The notes under the pieces: generated by a model | Told to the model about the DNA's origin: nothing | The model's database searches: none | The model's input: the letters and a program-made list of their open reading frames with translations, nothing else | Assembly (NCBI GenBank): GCA_965153285.1 | Contig: OZ229121.1 | DNA: 64,000 nt | Direction: 5' to 3' (one strand) | Source: Podarcis tiliguerta | Taxonomy: Eukaryota | Shown: in pieces, positions 61,254 to 64,000 of the stretch | Position numbering within the stretch: the first letter of the stretch is position 1 | How the letters are laid out: the number at the start of each line of letters is the position of its first letter | Translations under genes and position numbers: made by a program

Positions 61254-62944
61254 ATCGGGCAACAATGGACGCTAGAAAGGTTTTTTGGTCGTTGTTTATA
61301 AAGTTCAGGTTAGAAAATCGGGCTGGTTTGCAAAGGGGTGTTGGTGATGGAGATTAACCAACACTTTAACGAATACATGCAGGCGATGGGGTGGGGGTGG
61401 GCAGTCGAAACGGATGAACAATAAAAGGAATTCTGACGCGTTGGGAGTTTAGTCGTGCCTCGGGCAGGCTCGGCTCTCCGCTCAGAAATTATTATCCTCC
61501 CCCATAAAAAAATACCAGTTAGAGCAGAGTTGTGCACAAGACCAAACAGGGAGTCCTCTGTAGCTCATTGCAGAAGAGTTTATTTTAAAGGCACAAACAA
61601 GCCCGCACACTTCCAGCTAACAAGTCTTAGCTGAAGAAGCTGTTAAGAAAATTCAGAGCCATAGTGTGCCATAAAAGAAAATGACGGCTGTAACCGTTTA
61701 TGGGGTGTAAAATGCTGCAGGGTTGAAGGCAAGAAGTTTCAGTATCTCATGCTTTGAAAACGTTCGAAGGTTCAGAGAGGCGGGGGAAATCACTTGGAGT
61801 TTTGTCGGCCTTTTTAAATTTTAGTTTTTAAAAATAAAGAAATCTCTGGTAAATTGCATTAAGTTAACACAAAGCGAAACAGTTCTCGTCTGCAAAAACA
61901 AGGGCGGGGGGGGGGTTCTAATTAATGCCTGTCCCAGTGCTTTGGGATGTTGCGACGCCCTCTGTTGTTGCAGACAGTGGGGACTTCAAAGAATCCTCAT
62001 TGGAAGTGCGTAATAAATGGCAGGTCTGCAAACTGTCTGGAATTCGGCCCTTAATGAGTTTACAACTGTCCAGCCACAATTAAGATTTTCTACAAAAGCC
62101 CTTTCATTTGTTTTGTCTGGCTGTTTTAGATAAAGCGGCTCTGCGGAAATAGCTCGTTTTTATTAGCCCTTTCCCCTCTGAAATGTAGGCTGTAAGGTGA
62201 ACGTTTATCTTTAATGAATATACCGCTGGAACCTTTTCTATAATTGCTACTGCATGGCAAAGTAGATTACTGAAGCGTTTGCAGGGGGAGATATCAGCTA
62301 TGTTTACACGTTCGTCAGATTCCTGCACCTATTTTATTGCTTGCGGTTACCAGGACGGAACAGCAGATGGCAGTGTTGTTCCACGAAAACAAGGGCGATT
62401 TCCGCCATGAAGCCAATGGAAAAAATTCTAAAATGTCGACTTCCTAGGAGCAGCATATGCGGTTTTGAAACTCCTGATTTGATATTAAGAAAAGGCGATA
62501 TTATATATGTCCCCACTACTAAAAGGAATACCTTAATGCTTCAGTATTTCGTGTTTCCATATTTAATACTCTTAAAAGTCAATAACTGCAATGGTAAAGT
62601 TCTCCGTCGGTAACTATTAGTATTAGTATTAGTATTATCATGCCAGTTCTGTACAGATTGATATTTTCCCCTCACAGCTTGAAGCATGCTTCAAGAATAC
62701 TGCTAATTTGACCGCAGTAAGAGCAAATAATATGTCGTGCGCCTGAGTGCACGTATCAAGCACATGTACAGTGAGAATATATGTAAACAGTTTAAGCTTA
62801 TACAGATGCATTTGGGTGAAACATCCCGTGTATATTGTAATCGACTAATGAAAATGCATAACGGATATATAATGTAAGGGATATATAATGCACAAAGTCA
62901 AAGCAGATATTCTCACACAATATAATCGTTTGCATTAACCCGTT

Positions 62945-63032
62945 CATGGCTTAGGCAATTTACCTGGGAATCTGCCCCAATGAATGCAGCAAGGCTTCTT
63001 ACCTCAGAGTAGACCTGTATAGGACTGCACTA
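62945..63032. mobile_element. Family-B MITE-like fragment
   Basis: TTTACCTGGGAATCTGCCCCAATGAATGCAG...CTTACCTCAGAGTAGACCTGTATAGGACTGCAC. Confidence 0.45.
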
Positions 63033-63639
63033 CGCTATATTGAGGCCGCATAAGCAATTTTTATAGCCGGGAATCTCAAAGGGCTTGGAATGCGGATGCT
63101 GGCGATTGAATCGCGGCAGAGTTGTTAAAGAAACATGCTCAGTGTGTATTTTAAAACAACAACAACAACACACAGTTAGACGTGGGTTTTTAATTTTTTT
63201 ATTTTTTTAAATGCTCCGATCAATTTTTAAAAAAGGTATTTATTAGGAGTAAACAGTTTTCACAATGCAGTGGGAGAGCTTTTGAATTGCTGAACGTGGA
63301 TGGCTCCATCTTAATCTCTTATTCAGCCAGTGATCCCTGCCTTTGGATCCATTCTGCTCTGGGCCAGAATCCTTCGGAAACCACGTTCTTTTCGCCGGGC
63401 TCTAAGTTGGTGGCTCGGCAACAAAATTTAATTTGAAAATTATTTACCGGCCACTGAATTTCTTCACCAGATGTCTTTGAGGCAGTTAAAGGCTCCCGCT
63501 CGCTTCCTTAAGCAATTTCATCTCTGTGGGACCCGGTTTAATTACGCAGTGCAGATGATAACAGTTCTAATACACCGCAGGACTAAGATGCCTGTACGAA
63601 TCTAGGCTGGAACTCTTACGGCATTTTATTTACTCTTTC

Positions 63640-63642
<3 letters not shown>

Positions 63643-63668
<26 letters not shown>
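63643..63668. repeat. (TG)n microsatellite
   Basis: Perfect TG run. Confidence 0.95.
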
Positions 63669-63670
<2 letters not shown>

Positions 63671-64000
63671 TTGTATATATTGTATATATTGTATACACAC
63701 CTCTCCTTCACTTCTGAATTCTACGGCTCCATCGATTAGTATATGAGCCATATACACAAACATACATACCGAAGATAGATGAATGGACTCGATGTTTGTG
63801 AATAAATAAGACAATCAAACCACAAGTGTGTGCCTACTGTACCGAAATTAAGAGCCAAGAAAGACAAATAACATTATTGGGAAAATGCTTTAAATTTGCG
63901 TCTTTTTTCCATGCCAAAAAAAAGAAAAAGAACGTTTAGCCGTCAAATGACCCACTAAATGTGATTATCAAACATATTTCATTGTAATTCCTTTATAGGA

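Overview
Vertebrate genomic DNA containing the posterior (5') half of a HoxA cluster, all genes on the + strand in canonical order: HOXA13 (11413-12124 + 13775-14019), HOXA11 (31802-32582 + 34282-34514), HOXA10 (45779-46745 + 48568-48842), the HoxA-linked mir-196 hairpin (51457-51545) and HOXA9 (57097-57643 + 59035-59273). HOXA7 and EVX1 lie outside the window. No HoxA12 or HoxA14 gene is seen, as expected for an amniote. Short HOXA13 Ala tracts, an enlarged cluster and many short palindromic MITE-like repeats suggest a squamate reptile, probably a lizard (inference). Main second-look items: (1) a candidate distal first exon at about 37.6-37.9 kb whose phase-1 donor would splice in frame to HOXA10 exon 2, with its ATG inside a CTCF motif; (2) an intact 173-nt HOXA9T exitron; (3) a uORF just upstream of each of the four Hox starts, including a 104-aa Arg-rich frame overlapping HOXA10; (4) miR-196 seed sites in the HOXA9 3' UTR; (5) MITE invasion that includes Hox introns; (6) three CTCF candidates; (7) homopolymer expansions in HOXA10 and HOXA11. 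I found no convincing wholly new gene or system. Comparisons with mammalian sequences are from memory and need alignment.
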